Below are positions 62,006-64,000 of a stretch of 64,000 nt of DNA, one piece after another. A program made the position numbers and the translations under genes. Under the pieces are notes generated by a model. The model saw nothing but the letters and a program-made list of their open reading frames with translations. It made no database searches and was not told the origin of the DNA. The stretch lies in sequence record OR538032.1; one strand, 5' to 3'. The number at the start of each line of letters is the position of its first letter. The stretch's first letter is position 1.

Positions 62006-62887
62006 ATGCAGGTAAGATGGACAGAAATGTTTTACAGCATTCAAGGCGAAGGGAAATACACTGGTCAAGCTAGTTTATTCTTTCGCTTCTGGGGTTGTAA
62101 CTTAGAATGTCACGGCTTCGGGCAAGAAGATCCGACGAATAAAGATACATGGGTATTAGACTTCAAAGACTACGACCCGAAAGCTAACAACGTGACTTCA
62201 GTCGAAGAACTGCCTGTATGGACTCGTGGATGTGACTCTTCTTACACGTGGGCTAAAAAGTATGCTCATCTTGCTTCAAAGTCTGAAGTTGCAGACGTAT
62301 GCGAAGCAATGCTTGAGAAACTGCCTAATCGAGTTTGGGGAGATATTCATTGGGTAATTACAGGTGGTGAGCCGATGATGAATCAAGCTCAAATCATCGA
62401 AATGATGAATTACTTCATCAAAATTGACAATTATCCAAAACATGTCACGATTGAAACTAATGGTACGCGAGAACTCAAGCCAGAATTTGCAGAGCGTTGG
62501 GCGCTAATTCAGTGGAATACGCATCGTAATGTTCACTTGAGTTTCAGCGTGTCGGCTAAGTTGTACAACGTAACGGGCGAAGTGCATGAAAAAGCAATCA
62601 AGCCAAAAGTTGTCAACAAGTATGCACGCATCGGAGAAGTCTGGCTCAAGCCAGTCGTCGTAGACAAGGAAGCGTGTTGGGACGAGCTTGATGCTGTGAT
62701 CGCACAGTTCAAAGCAGAACGCAACTTACACAACGTTCCAGTGTATATCATGCCATGTGGTGCTACTCAAGAAGAGCAAGAGCAAGATGGTTATATGGCG
62801 TCAATCGCAGGGAAAGCATTGGCGCGTGGTTACAACGTTTCTGTACGAACACACGTATGGATTTGGGGTAACGCGGTGGGCACGTAA
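62006..62887 (+). CDS. queE: 7-carboxy-7-deazaguanine synthase (radical SAM)
   Basis: EMFYSIQGEG, FFRFWGCNLEC...CDS, ITGGEP, IETNGT, RTHVWIWG. Confidence 0.88.
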   Translation: MQVRWTEMFYSIQGEGKYTGQASLFFRFWGCNLECHGFGQEDPTNKDTWVLDFKDYDPKANNVTSVEELPVWTRGCDSSYTWAKKYAHLASKSEVADVCEAMLEKLPNRVWGDIHWVITGGEPMMNQAQIIEMMNYFIKIDNYPKHVTIETNGTRELKPEFAERWALIQWNTHRNVHLSFSVSAKLYNVTGEVHEKAIKPKVVNKYARIGEVWLKPVVVDKEACWDELDAVIAQFKAERNLHNVPVYIMPCGATQEEQEQDGYMASIAGKALARGYNVSVRTHVWIWGNAVGT

Positions 62888-62897
62888 GTGCCCTTTT
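62878..62897 (+). terminator. Intrinsic terminator containing the queE stop codon
   Basis: GGGCAC-GTAA-GTGCCC-TTTT. Confidence 0.75.
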
Positions 62898-62922
62898 ATT
62901 CCCTTTGAAGTGAGAAATTATT

Positions 62923-63177
62923 ATGATTCTATTTGGTCACGTGGTTGGTACAATCGGTATGATTCTAATCTGTCTAGCATTCTGGATGGTGACGAGTGAA
63001 AAATATAAGCCTACCGATGATAAGTACTTGTGGACTAATATGTCGGGTGCTATACTGCTTACGATTAGCTTGCTAATCAACTTCAATCTCGGTAGCTTCA
63101 TGATTGAGCTATTCTGGATTTACATTAGCGGCACCGCGCTATACAAGAACTACAAATTGCGAAAAAACGCTAAATAG
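62923..63177 (+). CDS. Three-TM membrane protein (CBU_0592-like)
   Basis: GTIG...Y...N..GA..L..SL....N......E.FW..I pattern. Confidence 0.65.
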   Translation: MILFGHVVGTIGMILICLAFWMVTSEKYKPTDDKYLWTNMSGAILLTISLLINFNLGSFMIELFWIYISGTALYKNYKLRKNAK

Positions 63178-63242
63178 TAGTTGATAAGCTTGTCGATTCG
63201 TGTATAATCAACTGCGAATCGACAAACAAACTGGAGAATCTA
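63172..63242 (+). promoter_or_regulatory. Promoter with 11-bp inverted repeat flanking the -10 box
   Basis: TTGATA-16-TATAAT; TTGTCGATTCG / CGAATCGACAA. Confidence 0.7.
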
Positions 63243-63401
63243 ATGTCTAAAAATAAAAAGCCAAGCAATAAGCCACAAAACTTCGTTGCAAAGCACATGA
63301 ATACTTTCAATCATGCTTCAGTTGAAGAAGATAGAAAGAAGAAATCAAAGCGTTTAACTAAGCGCAAAATGAAACACAAAGGGAAAGCCTATGATGAATG
63401 A
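63243..63401 (+). CDS. Small basic protein, 52 aa
   Basis: RBS GGAG; NFVAKH...DRKKK...KHK; hand-translated. Confidence 0.65.
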   Translation: MSKNKKPSNKPQNFVAKHMNTFNHASVEEDRKKKSKRLTKRKMKHKGKAYDE

Positions 63402-63690
63402 TGTTTTAGCTGGTATACCCATGCCGCCTCAGAAACCCAAGTTCATCCCAGAATCTGACGACCATCAATTCTTTCACGATTGTGCTGGGTTTGATTGGTT
63501 CTATCAATTCAGTGATGATCACAGCGTATATCTTCGCGGTGAACGTGAATTGTCTAAGCTAAAGTCGCGAATGACAAACGAACGCAGAAATAAAATCTAT
63601 GAAGCGTGGTGTCAGTATATGTTCAGCGGTCCCAATTTCGGGCTAGAGCAACACCCTGAACCAAAGTGGGAAGATTTTAAAGATGCATAA
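63391..63690 (+). CDS. Hypothetical protein
   Basis: FDWFYQFSDD...GERE motif. Confidence 0.7.
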   Translation: MMNDVLAGIPMPPQKPKFIPESDDHQFFHDCAGFDWFYQFSDDHSVYLRGERELSKLKSRMTNERRNKIYEAWCQYMFSGPNFGLEQHPEPKWEDFKDA

Positions 63691-63952
63691 AGATGTACTC
63701 GGCAATGTAATCGAAATGAAAGATATTGTGTTTCGTCTTTCGAAAGAGAGATTATGCGTCGAACCGTGCATCGTAACCGGGTTTACACAGTACAAAGTGC
63801 TGTTAAATGATGGTCTTCAATGCGACCCAAATCGTGTCGTCGTTGTGACCGAACAAATTCAAAATAACGGTATCGACTTGTGGTCAAACACACTCGAATT
63901 CAAATATCGTGAGTATATCATCAAAGGCTATAAACGCCTGCAAAATAAGTGA
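63683..63952 (+). CDS. Hypothetical SH3-like protein
   Basis: KDVLGNVIEMKDIV start. Confidence 0.65.
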   Translation: MHKDVLGNVIEMKDIVFRLSKERLCVEPCIVTGFTQYKVLLNDGLQCDPNRVVVVTEQIQNNGIDLWSNTLEFKYREYIIKGYKRLQNK

Positions 63953-64000
63953 GAAAAACATGACATTCTTTCAAAAACTAGTAGCAATCTTCACCAACAC

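Noticed and set aside
62006-62887. NrdG anaerobic RNR activase
   Set aside because: The EMFYSIQGEG start, long insertion in the Cys motif and RTHVWIWG end are QueE-type, and no nrdD is nearby.

Overview
The window is a gene-dense segment of a large T4-like phage genome with about 135 ORFs, almost all on the + strand. The gene set (NAD-salvage natV, nadR, pnuC, nadV; dda, tk, denV, nrdA/B/C, topoisomerase gp52, queE; probable regB and vs.1-like genes) matches my recollection of KVP40-type Vibrio phages (Schizotequatrovirus-like). That assignment comes from recall and motif reading, not a database search. Most of the window is small hypothetical ORFs in cassettes driven by about 22 copies of a sigma70-type early promoter/leader, nine of them fused into the preceding terminator hairpin. 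The standout is a probable protein-modification locus at 39555-46012 with a satellite at 51716-54038. It contains a 176-aa Ser/Thr-rich protein whose 112-aa repeat reads as a 14+14-unit beta-hairpin in which all nine Arg residues face an aromatic residue. It also encodes three glycosyltransferase-like proteins, a QueC-like PP-loop enzyme, a divergent compact NAMPT paralogue, three N-terminal-twitch radical SAM enzymes and a HAD phosphatase. Other unexplained items include a non-coding tract at about 7326-7868 with a local C/G skew flip (candidate origin or packaging site) and a six-fold TTAG array with exact 9-bp period at 37951-38001. I found no tRNA, rRNA, CRISPR array, intron or transposase.
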